Notes under the pieces: generated by a model | The model's input: the letters and a program-made list of their open reading frames with translations, nothing else | Database searches by the model: none | Told to the model about the DNA's origin: nothing | Program-made: the position numbers and the translations under genes | Shown: positions 27,442 to 35,650 of the stretch, one piece after another | Numbering within the stretch: position 1 is the first letter of the stretch | Layout of the letters: each line of letters begins with the position of its first letter | NCBI GenBank assembly: GCA_043800695.1 | Contig: JAZDMU010000002.1 | Span: forward strand, 126,903-190,902 | Direction: 5' to 3' | Source of the DNA: Bacteroidota bacterium | GTDB lineage: Bacteria > Bacteroidota > Bacteroidia > Bacteroidales > VadinHA17 | DNA: 64,000 bases

Positions 27442-27894
27442 ATGAAGAGGATCGAAATTCACCCGGCGAATGAAAAGGAGAAGATCATGGCGGCTTATCT
27501 TCTCGCCGGTTCGGAACCATGGATAACTTTGAGGATAAGCCTGGACCAATGCATTATAAATTGTAATAATCCTGATTTCCAGGTTTATATGGCTTATTAT
27601 GAGGGTGAACCGGCAGGGGTGATAATTATAGATCCGAAAGGTGTGGCCAGTTCGCCATATATCAAGTCAGTTGCAGCATATCCTGAATTCCGGGGCAAGG
27701 GCATAGGTGCAGCACTTCTTTCGTTTACGGAGGATCTTTTCAGAAGCAGGTCAAAATACCTTTTTCTCTGTGTGTCATCATTCAACCTGAGGGCGCAGAA
27801 ATTTTACGAAAGACACGGTTATAAGGTTGTAGGCGAACTGAAGGATTATATTATAGAAGGGGCCTCGGAGATCCTTATCCACAAAAGGTTATGA
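27442..27894 (+). CDS. GNAT-family N-acetyltransferase
   Basis: 150 aa with the acetyl-CoA motif A …YPEFRGKGIGAALLSF… and …AQKFYERHGYKVVG…. Confidence 0.8.
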   Translation: MKRIEIHPANEKEKIMAAYLLAGSEPWITLRISLDQCIINCNNPDFQVYMAYYEGEPAGVIIIDPKGVASSPYIKSVAAYPEFRGKGIGAALLSFTEDLFRSRSKYLFLCVSSFNLRAQKFYERHGYKVVGELKDYIIEGASEILIHKRL

Positions 27895-29123
27895 AAACTC
27901 CACAGTCAAAGCCATGGTCGATTGTGGCTATGCTTTGTGCAACGGCAACCGCGGGATACATTTGCCGTGTAAACGTCTCCACAGCCGCTCCGCTCCTGAT
28001 GGAGGAGTTCGGATTATCCCAGATTGAGATGGGACGCATTTTCAGTGCGTTTCTGCTGGGATATGCTCTTTTCCAGATCCCGTCAGGGATGATCGCCGAC
28101 AGGTTCGGGGCACGAAAAGTGCTGTCGTGGATCGCCTGGTTATGGGTACTGTTTACTGTTCTTCAGACGTTCACAGGGAGCGCTGCATTCCAGGTTACAG
28201 CCGCAACTGCGCTGATCGTTTTCATGATCTTCCGTTTTCTGACAGGCATTTCAGCTTCACCCACTTACCCGGGATCAGCCCAGGGAGTGTCGCAATGGGT
28301 ACTGCCTCAGTACCAGGGTCGTGCAAACGGGATCGTGATTGCCTCAATAGGGATCGGTTCTGCACTGGCCCCGCCGCTGGTGTCAAACATCATGGTTACA
28401 ATGGGGTGGAGGGCTGCAATGATAGCTTCGGCAGTGCCTGCTCTTGCAATAGCAATATTATGGCTCCGGATAAAAGAACCGGTTCATGTTAACTTATACC
28501 CTCAGGCAGAAAAGCTAACAGATGATCTGGAAAACAGGGGTAAAATCCGGTCCGTTAGTTTTTATCTCCTGACGATCAGCTATACGCTTCAGGGCTACGT
28601 GGGGTATATTTTTGTTACCTGGTTTTACCTGTATCTTGTACAGGAGCGCCATTTCAGCCTGCTGAGCGGAGCCTGGATGAGCAGTCTTCCGTGGATACTC
28701 TCCATCATTTCAATCCCGCTCGGAGGTTTTATCTCCGACAGGCTCGCTGCGGGCAAGCCGGGACAGGTGTGGGGCAGAAGGATCGTTCCTCTAACCGGCA
28801 TGGCTTTGTCAGGGATATTGATCTCTGTGGGTGCGCATACTGCAAGTGCGGTGATAGCTGCAATAAGTCTTGCATTTGCTACGGCATTTATCCTTTGTGT
28901 TGAAGGTCCTTTCTGGGCAATGATGATGAGGATCGCCGGAAAGAAGAGCGGTACGGCAGGAGGAATAATGAATATGGGAAGCAACCTGGGAGGGTTGATA
29001 TCACCAATGCTTACACCAATAATTGCCAGCATTATTGGCTGGGAGAATGCACTGCATGTGGCTGCAGTACTGGCTGTTCTTGGGGCAGTTCTTTGGTTAT
29101 GGATAAAACCTCTGGAGAATTAA
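27891..29123 (+). CDS. MFS transporter (anion:cation symporter-like)
   Basis: 410 aa and ~12 TM segments. …FLLGYALFQIPSGMIADRFGARKVL… is the typical MFS loop 2-3 motif. An ATGA overlap joins it to the GNAT gene. Confidence 0.85.
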   Translation: MKTPQSKPWSIVAMLCATATAGYICRVNVSTAAPLLMEEFGLSQIEMGRIFSAFLLGYALFQIPSGMIADRFGARKVLSWIAWLWVLFTVLQTFTGSAAFQVTAATALIVFMIFRFLTGISASPTYPGSAQGVSQWVLPQYQGRANGIVIASIGIGSALAPPLVSNIMVTMGWRAAMIASAVPALAIAILWLRIKEPVHVNLYPQAEKLTDDLENRGKIRSVSFYLLTISYTLQGYVGYIFVTWFYLYLVQERHFSLLSGAWMSSLPWILSIISIPLGGFISDRLAAGKPGQVWGRRIVPLTGMALSGILISVGAHTASAVIAAISLAFATAFILCVEGPFWAMMMRIAGKKSGTAGGIMNMGSNLGGLISPMLTPIIASIIGWENALHVAAVLAVLGAVLWLWIKPLEN

Positions 29124-29126
29124 AAC

Positions 29127-29205
29127 AACCCCCTTTCTTATTTCTCCCAAGGGGGAAATGATGGGATTGCTCCTGCCCCCTTGGGGGAAGGCTGAGAAGG
29201 GGGTT
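29127..29205. repeat. GC-rich nested palindrome
   Basis: Outer arms are AACCCCCTT (29127-29135) / AAGGGGGTT (29197-29205). Inner arms are CCCAAGGGGG (29146-29155) / CCCCCTTGGG (29176-29185). It lies between convergent genes. Confidence 0.7.
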
Positions 29206-29221
29206 TGATGTAACAAAAAGA

Positions 29222-30343
29222 TTAGACCTTCAGGAAGATTTTTTTCCTGTAGAGTATATACAAAAATACCCATCCGATTGCCGTGATTCCAACAGCTTCA
29301 ACAAAGGGAGCCCACACCTCCGGCAGGATTTCAGTGAATCCACCGAAGAAAAATCCTGAGGCCTGCCTGAAATTTATGATCCTGTTTACCATGTAGATAG
29401 TGATCGGATTCATCCCGATGACGACAAAGAAGAAGGCCCATTTTCTGAGCTCCCAGATGTCGATTATAATATGGAACAGTGTGAAGAAGAGCAGGCTCAG
29501 GCCGCCGACCCAGCACACGAATGAGCTTGACCAGAGATTCTTGTTGATCGGGAATGCCAGATCCCATACCTTTCCGATGACCATAAAAAGGACCGCTGCA
29601 ACGAACATATAGAGAGCCTTGCTGTAAGGCTTGTTTCCAAGGTAGTCTGACAGCATGAATTGTCCGGTGAGCATTCCCAGGAGGGCAGTGGATATTGCAG
29701 GAAATGTACTCATAATTCCTTCCGGGTCATGATTGCCGAGGTAGAGCCTTCCGGGCATAAGTATCCGGTCAATATAGCTTGCAAAGTTACCCTCCTGTGA
29801 GAATTTATCCATCGAACCGAGATCATGCGCAGGGAAAAGAATCATCAGCAGCCAGTAAATGAGTATGATGCCCCAGAACCATATTATCCTGGCTGTCAGC
29901 TTTGTATTCATGAAGATGATCGCCGCGAACATCCAGGCGAGACCAATCCTTCCGAGGACACTGCCATAGCGTAGTTCGGAAAGGTCGAATCTGAGGCCGT
30001 TGTTGTATATTATTCCGAGGACCACAAGGATAAGCCCCCTGAATATTACATGTTTATAGATTGAATTCCGACTTTCCCCTTTTTCAAGTCTCTTTTTCAG
30101 CGAGAACGGGAATGATATTCCGGCGATGAATAAAAAGAGAGGGAAGATCATATCGTAGAAGACGAATCCGTGCCATGGCACATGATCGAGCTGTCTTGCG
30201 CACCATTCAAAAACCGGCCAGCCGGTAATAGCCGCCAGGGCTGTTAAAATGCCTTCGCCTCCCATGATCCAGAACATATCGAATCCGCGAAGAGCATCAA
30301 GAGAATAAAGTCGTTTTGAGGCAGGTTTTATATCAGAATTCAT
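29222..30343 (-). CDS. DUF5009/DUF1624 membrane acyltransferase (heparan-alpha-glucosaminide N-acetyltransferase-like)
   Basis: 373 aa and polytopic. It has the diagnostic N-terminus …RLYSLDALRGFDMFWIMGGE…. Confidence 0.7.
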   Translation of the reverse strand: MNSDIKPASKRLYSLDALRGFDMFWIMGGEGILTALAAITGWPVFEWCARQLDHVPWHGFVFYDMIFPLFLFIAGISFPFSLKKRLEKGESRNSIYKHVIFRGLILVVLGIIYNNGLRFDLSELRYGSVLGRIGLAWMFAAIIFMNTKLTARIIWFWGIILIYWLLMILFPAHDLGSMDKFSQEGNFASYIDRILMPGRLYLGNHDPEGIMSTFPAISTALLGMLTGQFMLSDYLGNKPYSKALYMFVAAVLFMVIGKVWDLAFPINKNLWSSSFVCWVGGLSLLFFTLFHIIIDIWELRKWAFFFVVIGMNPITIYMVNRIINFRQASGFFFGGFTEILPEVWAPFVEAVGITAIGWVFLYILYRKKIFLKV

Positions 30344-30463
30344 ATTTCAGGTTTTAATCAGTTATGTCTTAACAATATCTTAATAAAAATGCATCAAAAA
30401 TGTTCCTCTTTTGTTTCTCTCCTTAACTATTTTCACCCGGTGTTAAAATTAATAAAATTAATT

Positions 30464-30688
30464 ATGAACGGGAAGGTATTAAAAAAGGATTCTGCTGAAA
30501 AAAACCCGGCAGTGAAAGGGAAATCATCTAAAATCAGTCCGCTCCATGTTAATATAGAAAAACCAGGCGAGGATGAGATCAGGGAGCTTGCAAATGATCT
30601 GTATCAGGCAAGAATTATGATGGGGGAAGATGGTTCAGATATCGATGACTGGTTACTTGCAGAGGCAAAGTTATCAGATAATATATAA
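30464..30688 (+). CDS. DUF2934-family small protein
   Basis: I prefer the ATG at 30464 (MNGKVLKKD...). The C-terminal …EIRELANDLYQARIMMGEDGSDIDDWLLAEAKL matches the DUF2934 pattern (ExIRxxAYxxxxxRG...DxxDWxxAE). Confidence 0.5.
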   Translation: MNGKVLKKDSAEKNPAVKGKSSKISPLHVNIEKPGEDEIRELANDLYQARIMMGEDGSDIDDWLLAEAKLSDNI

Positions 30689-31857
30689 TGACTGACAGGT
30701 TGTTGGGAGAGATGGAAGAAAATTCAAGTAAATATCTTTTTTTCTATCTGAAAACAGGAGGAGGTCATCTTGCACCTGCCAGGGCTGTAGCTGAAAAAAT
30801 TAAGTCAGAAAATGGCAGCAGGATAGAAATTATACTGGCAGATGGACTGGCAGGATCATCAAATATCATCAGAAAAATTATTGAAGCAGGTTACAGAAAT
30901 CTTGTCAATAAGGCCGCTCCGGTTTTTACAATATTGTATGCAATTAACAAAATAAGGGTGATCTCGAAGAGTGTTATTGCTGTTGCTGGTTATTTTATGA
31001 AATCAGGGATTGAAAAGCAGATACTTGATTCCCATCCCGATAAAATAGTCATCTTCCATTACCTAGTCATCAAGCCTGTTTATGATGTGATCAGGAAACA
31101 TAACCTTCAGACCAGGGTTATAACGGTTGTAACAGATCCGTTCACTGCTCCTGCAGGATGGTTTCTTCGCAGGGACCAGAATTATGTTGTTTTCAGCGAA
31201 ATGCTCAGAGAAAAATGCGTCAGGAAGGGAATAAGGAATGACTGTATAAGAGTATTTCCCTTTGTACTAGATCAGCGGTTTTCCGTGAAGATCAGCAAAT
31301 CTAAGGCTCAATTGATCAGAGCGGACCTGGGTTTCAAACCAGGCAGCAGGATTATTCTTATAATGGGGGGAGGAGACGGAATGCCCCACGGGAAAAAAAT
31401 CCTTGAAAAGATAATAAGGAGTAATGTTGATGCAGAGATAGCCGTTGTCTGCGGCAATAATGAAGATATGTTTAAACATGTAAATAGAATCTGTACTAAA
31501 TACAGGGTAGATAATGTAATGGTTTTCCGCTTTATAGATTTTGTACACTCTCTTATTGCCATCTCGGACATTGTGATAACCAAGTGCGGCGCATCAACCT
31601 TCATGGAGATACTGTTGCTGGGTAAGATCCCATTGATAAATACGTATATATGGGAGCAGGAGAAAGGGAATATGGAATTTGTTGTATCATCCAGGATGGG
31701 GATCTATGAAAAAAGGACAAACCGAATACCGGATGTTGTAAACAGCCTGCTTACAGACAGTGGATTATATAATTCATTTGTCAGTAATATCCGGAAGGCT
31801 TCGCTTAGGAACGGTGTGAATGTTGTGTCTGATTATATATTAACATTTCAAAACTGA
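30688..31857 (+). CDS. Glycosyltransferase, MGDG-synthase/UgtP-like (GT28)
   Basis: 389 aa with an N-terminal …FFYLKTGGGHLAPARAVAEKI… motif (the GGGH motif of the MGDG_synth domain) and a C-terminal GT28 block …DIVITKCGASTFMEILLLGKIPLI…. The start overlaps the upstream stop (TAATG). Confidence 0.7.
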   Translation: MTDRLLGEMEENSSKYLFFYLKTGGGHLAPARAVAEKIKSENGSRIEIILADGLAGSSNIIRKIIEAGYRNLVNKAAPVFTILYAINKIRVISKSVIAVAGYFMKSGIEKQILDSHPDKIVIFHYLVIKPVYDVIRKHNLQTRVITVVTDPFTAPAGWFLRRDQNYVVFSEMLREKCVRKGIRNDCIRVFPFVLDQRFSVKISKSKAQLIRADLGFKPGSRIILIMGGGDGMPHGKKILEKIIRSNVDAEIAVVCGNNEDMFKHVNRICTKYRVDNVMVFRFIDFVHSLIAISDIVITKCGASTFMEILLLGKIPLINTYIWEQEKGNMEFVVSSRMGIYEKRTNRIPDVVNSLLTDSGLYNSFVSNIRKASLRNGVNVVSDYILTFQN

Positions 31858-31864
31858 CCTGATA

Positions 31865-32608
31865 ATGAACCTCCTGATAATATCAGATCTGCACATCGAT
31901 ACCTGTGACAGTTTCGGAGCTTTTCAGTGGGATGAAATGGAATTTATCAGTCAGGTTGAAAGGATAAGGGACCAGTATAATATCGATAAGGTTGTCTTCA
32001 ATGGTGATATTTTTGAACTGCTTAAGTATTCTTATGATGAGATTTCCAGGGCAAATCCTGTATTAATAGGGTATTTCGGGAGCAAGGACTTTATCTTCAT
32101 CAAAGGGAATCATGACATGGTCAACGACTTTGGAAGAGATTCAGTTCAGTTCATTAACTCAGCCGGACAAAAAATTTATATTGAACACGGCCATAATGCC
32201 GACTGGTTTAATGGTTCAAGATTTGGACGTGTGATAGGGAAAATGGGTTTCTCAGTTCTGAAAAAGATGTCTAATTCAAAGTACCTTATGAATTTGTATT
32301 TCAGTATAGTTACAAAAGGAGAACAGATAAACCATATTCCCAAGCGATATGATACATTAAAGTACCTGATATACGCTCTCAAGCTGCTTAAAGAGCATGA
32401 TACGGTAATCCTTGGTCATACTCACAAACTAGAATCACACCATACCTATTACCTGAATAACAAGAAACGTTACCTGAATTGCGGTACATGTTCAATGGGC
32501 AGATTCCAGGGAATTGTACTGGACACCGAATCAATGAAATATGAATTGATCAGGGAAACAACAGATTCGATTAGAGCCGGGTATGAATATATGCAGGTTA
32601 CCGGTTGA
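31865..32608 (+). CDS. Calcineurin-like metallophosphoesterase
   Basis: 247 aa with the motifs ISDLHID, NGDIFEL, KGNHD, EHGH and LGHTH, in canonical order. Confidence 0.75.
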   Translation: MNLLIISDLHIDTCDSFGAFQWDEMEFISQVERIRDQYNIDKVVFNGDIFELLKYSYDEISRANPVLIGYFGSKDFIFIKGNHDMVNDFGRDSVQFINSAGQKIYIEHGHNADWFNGSRFGRVIGKMGFSVLKKMSNSKYLMNLYFSIVTKGEQINHIPKRYDTLKYLIYALKLLKEHDTVILGHTHKLESHHTYYLNNKKRYLNCGTCSMGRFQGIVLDTESMKYELIRETTDSIRAGYEYMQVTG

Positions 32609-33122
32609 GCAGCAGTTTCTCTATTTCGTTCCAGGAGTTTACACGTCTATGTCTGCTGTTCTTTACCGGAATATTAAGAGGTTGAGTGAATATGTATGTC
32701 TTTCCCGGAAATCCATCCAGGTTTTTTGGGTGATCGTCGATCAGGATATCTGCTTTTATAAGGCTTTTATCGCCGCAGAAAACAATTTGTTTCCATGAGA
32801 TAAAAGGGAAATAGTCATTCAGCCACATTATTTTGTCGGTGAGGCTATTGGGAAATTCTGTTGCAAGGGAAACCACTACGATGTCATATTCTTTATTGAG
32901 TTTTTCCATCGCTTCACGGCTTCCATCCATTACCGGAAGTGTTCTGAAGAAACCGGGTTCAGAGACCCATTTCCTCTGGGATGGGAAGGCTTCCTCTTCC
33001 AGCTTCCCGGCTATCATTTCAGCAGTGAGCTTTATTCCGGTTTCCTTCTCATGCATTTCAAATAACCTGGCATATACATCTGCCAGTACTCCATCCATAT
33101 CTACAAGGATCCTCTTTTTCAT
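32598..33122 (-). CDS. 5'(3')-deoxyribonucleotidase-like HAD hydrolase
   Basis: I prefer the start at M16 of the track ORF (MKKRILVDMDGVLADVY...). It has a DxDxV HAD motif and the size typical of the NT5C family. Confidence 0.65.
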   Translation of the reverse strand: MKKRILVDMDGVLADVYARLFEMHEKETGIKLTAEMIAGKLEEEAFPSQRKWVSEPGFFRTLPVMDGSREAMEKLNKEYDIVVVSLATEFPNSLTDKIMWLNDYFPFISWKQIVFCGDKSLIKADILIDDHPKNLDGFPGKTYIFTQPLNIPVKNSRHRRVNSWNEIEKLLLNR

Positions 33123-33280
33123 TAATTCTTTCAGTGCAGACAAAAATAACATTTTAGCGAATCGCAATAAGAAAAAAGAGGATCTATTCTTTCTAATAAA
33201 ACCGAATTAAATTAATTTTACCTTACAGTCGTTTATACTTGTATCTGAACCCTGAATTTAAACTATAAAAATCCATAAGA

Positions 33281-34333
33281 ATGATAAAGAAAAATATTCT
33301 GAACATCTGGCTGAGTATCGCGATACTTTTTGCATTATCGAGCTGCCGGACTTCAGACCAGAAGGATGTCAACCTGGTGAGGATCGATAATATGCAACGG
33401 ATTGATGTATTTATCGGGGACAGGCTTTTTACATCCTATCAGTATTCAGTTAAGTATGAAAAACCATTTCTCTATCCTGTTAATGCCCCCAACGGATCGG
33501 TTATTACGAGGGGATTCCCGCTTGAGCCAAGGAAAGGCGAACGCGTTGATCATCCACATCAGGTGGGGCTGTGGTTCAACCATGGAAGCATCAACGGCAT
33601 TGATTTCTGGAATAACTCTGCGGCTATCCCTGAAGACAAGAAAGGATCGTACGGGCATATAACAGTTAAACAGATACTGAAAACTGAAAGCGGTAAAAAG
33701 GGGATACTGGAGATTGTTGCAAACTGGGATGATAATGATGGGAATACTATCCTTGTCGAAAATGCAAAATACATATTCACAGCCGAAGAGAATGCATGGA
33801 CGATTGATCATTTGTCCACTCTTACTGCTTCGAACGGGTCTGTTACGATACTGGATAACAAGGAAGGTATGTTTGCGATCAGAGTCGACAGGGCATTTGA
33901 GATGCCATCAACCGAACCTCTGATTTTTACTGACTCTCAGGGAAATCCAACATCTGTGGAAGTTGTTGATAATGAGGGTGTCACAGGGATATATACATCA
34001 AGTAGCGGCTTAATGGGTGATGCCGTGTGGGGAACAAGGAATGACTGGGTGATCCTTTCGGGTACGAAGGACAATACTCTGATAACCTTTGGTATATTTG
34101 ATCATCCCGGTAACCCGGGATATCCTGCATATACCCATGCGCGAGGATACGGGCTATTTTCGGTAAACAACCTCGGACAGAAATCGTATGATCCGAAACA
34201 GGAGAACAGGCATTTCAACCTTGAAAAAGGAGAATCGATGAAGCTGTATCACAGGTTTTATGTTAAGTCAGGTTTAGAGCTGACCCCTGAAGAAGCAAAC
34301 AGGATATTTGGAGAATTTTCAAAAATAAATTAA
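33281..34333 (+). CDS. PmoA-family (DUF6807) lipoprotein
   Basis: 350 aa with a lipobox (LFALSSC). …RVDHPHQVGLWFNHGSINGIDFWN… is the conserved core of this family. Confidence 0.6.
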   Translation: MIKKNILNIWLSIAILFALSSCRTSDQKDVNLVRIDNMQRIDVFIGDRLFTSYQYSVKYEKPFLYPVNAPNGSVITRGFPLEPRKGERVDHPHQVGLWFNHGSINGIDFWNNSAAIPEDKKGSYGHITVKQILKTESGKKGILEIVANWDDNDGNTILVENAKYIFTAEENAWTIDHLSTLTASNGSVTILDNKEGMFAIRVDRAFEMPSTEPLIFTDSQGNPTSVEVVDNEGVTGIYTSSSGLMGDAVWGTRNDWVILSGTKDNTLITFGIFDHPGNPGYPAYTHARGYGLFSVNNLGQKSYDPKQENRHFNLEKGESMKLYHRFYVKSGLELTPEEANRIFGEFSKIN

Positions 34334-34335
34334 CA

Positions 34336-34502
34336 CGCACCCATCCCCCAACCCTGCTTCCTCACCTCATCCCCCAACCCCCTTCTCCCGAAGAGAGAAG
34401 GGGGCTGAATGCCTGATATTTCTTAAGCCCCTCTCCCCCTGGAGAGGGGTGGGGGTGAGGTCAATGGAGCAGGCAGGGAGTGGGCAAGGGGGTGGGTACA
34501 TG
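34336..34502. repeat. ~170-nt GC-rich MITE-like element with terminal inverted repeats and two internal perfect hairpins
   Basis: The ends ACGCACCCATCCCCC... / ...GGGGGTGGGTACATG are inverted. The internal stems are CCCCCTTCTC (34378-34387) / GAGAAGGGGG (34395-34404) and CCCCTCTCC (34428-34436) / GGAGAGGGG (34441-34449). The 15-mer 34488-34502 is the exact reverse complement of 43484-43498. Confidence 0.75.
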
Positions 34503-34535
34503 CAGAAAAATAATCACTAACTAACATAAATAATT

Positions 34536-35333
34536 ATGAAAAGACCCAGCCTGATTAAATTATCAATCACATGCCTGATAATGATTTTGTTATCAGTTCC
34601 TTTTACAGATCTGAACGCCGCTGGAGCAAAGCAGATGTATTATGAGATCAGAGCCTATCATGTAAAATATTCTACCCAGGCTGAACGGGTTGACAGCTAC
34701 CTGCGTGACGCGTATCTGCCTGCATTGCACAAGGCAGGGATCACCAGTGTAGGGGTCTTCAAACCTGTTGCCAGCGATACTGCTTTCGGAAAGGTGATAA
34801 TAGTATTCATCCCTTATTCAAACCTTAAGCAGTATGAGAAAGTCACAGCTCTGGTTGAGAACAACAGGGATTATCAAAACAGCGGAAAGATGTTCATTGA
34901 TGCATCGTTCAATGATCCTCCGTTTACGAGGTATGAAAGTTATTTTCTGAAAGCTTTCGAGGGTATGCCTGCTTTTGCACCCCCGGTTTATACCAATCCT
35001 GAAGGAGAGAGGGTTTACGAGCTCAGAAATTATGAGAGCGCCACAGAGGCTAAAGCGGCAAAGAAAATAGAGATGTTTAACAATGGAGAGATCGCCCTGT
35101 TCAAAAGCCTTGGGTTCAACGCAGTTTTTTACGGAAAAGTGCTTATGGGAAGCCGAATGCCTGACCTGATATATATGATCACATTCCAGGATATGGCCAC
35201 TCACGACACAAGGTGGCAGGATTTCGGGAATTCGGGGGAGTGGAAAAAGATGTCGGAACTGAAGGAGTATGAGAATACCGTTTCAAGGATAACCCGGTAT
35301 CTGTTAAGTCCTACGTCCTATTCTGATTTCTAA
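34536..35333 (+). CDS. NIPSNAP-family protein (two NIPSNAP domains), secreted
   Basis: 265 aa with a signal peptide. It has a repeated YE(I/L)R.Y pattern (MYYEIRAYHV..., VYELRNYES...). Confidence 0.65.
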   Translation: MKRPSLIKLSITCLIMILLSVPFTDLNAAGAKQMYYEIRAYHVKYSTQAERVDSYLRDAYLPALHKAGITSVGVFKPVASDTAFGKVIIVFIPYSNLKQYEKVTALVENNRDYQNSGKMFIDASFNDPPFTRYESYFLKAFEGMPAFAPPVYTNPEGERVYELRNYESATEAKAAKKIEMFNNGEIALFKSLGFNAVFYGKVLMGSRMPDLIYMITFQDMATHDTRWQDFGNSGEWKKMSELKEYENTVSRITRYLLSPTSYSDF

Positions 35334-35353
35334 ATTTGAGATGATATTTATTT

Positions 35354-35576
35354 GATGGTCTACGACCATCTAAGATAACAATATAAACATCTCTCTGCTA
35401 CAATAATTCGATGATCTACGATCATCCTGGCTTGTGCAGGGATGACCTTACAGATCAGGTTCACCGGGATTATCTGCTATATATTAAAGATTTCTTACCA
35501 ATTTAAATCCTCGTAGAGGATTGAAATATTGTAGCATATAGTTTTAAAATAGATATTTGGATCCTCGTAGAGGATC
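35354..35576. repeat. Cluster of four perfect 17-nt hairpin palindromes (7-bp stem, 3-nt loop)
   Basis: The four palindromes are GATGGTC-TAC-GACCATC (35354-35370), GATGATC-TAC-GATCATC (35410-35426), AATCCTC-GTA-GAGGATT (35506-35522) and GATCCTC-GTA-GAGGATC (35560-35576). Confidence 0.8.
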
Positions 35577-35585
35577 AAATAATTA

Positions 35586-35646
35586 TCCCCTCCCTCCTTC
35601 CCGGGGGAGAGCTTGTCCCGCCAATGCAGGAGGGTTGGGGGAGAGG
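35586..35646. repeat. GC-rich palindromic word element (CCCCTCCCTCC / GGAGGGTTGGGGG)
   Basis: TCCCCTCCCTCCT (35586-35598) is imperfectly inverted with AGGAGGGTTGGGGGA (35628-35642). It contains the GGTTGGGGG word shared, in reverse complement, with the elements at 34.3, 43.4 and 50.2 kb. Confidence 0.55.
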
Positions 35647-35650
35647 TCGA

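Noticed and set aside
27406-27549. 48-codon N-terminal extension of the GH106-like ORF overlapping the divergent GNAT gene
   Set aside because: A plausible signal-peptide start (MYYIFRISFKL...LVFSQSLAAQ) exists at 27405. The extension would overlap the GNAT coding region on the opposite strand.
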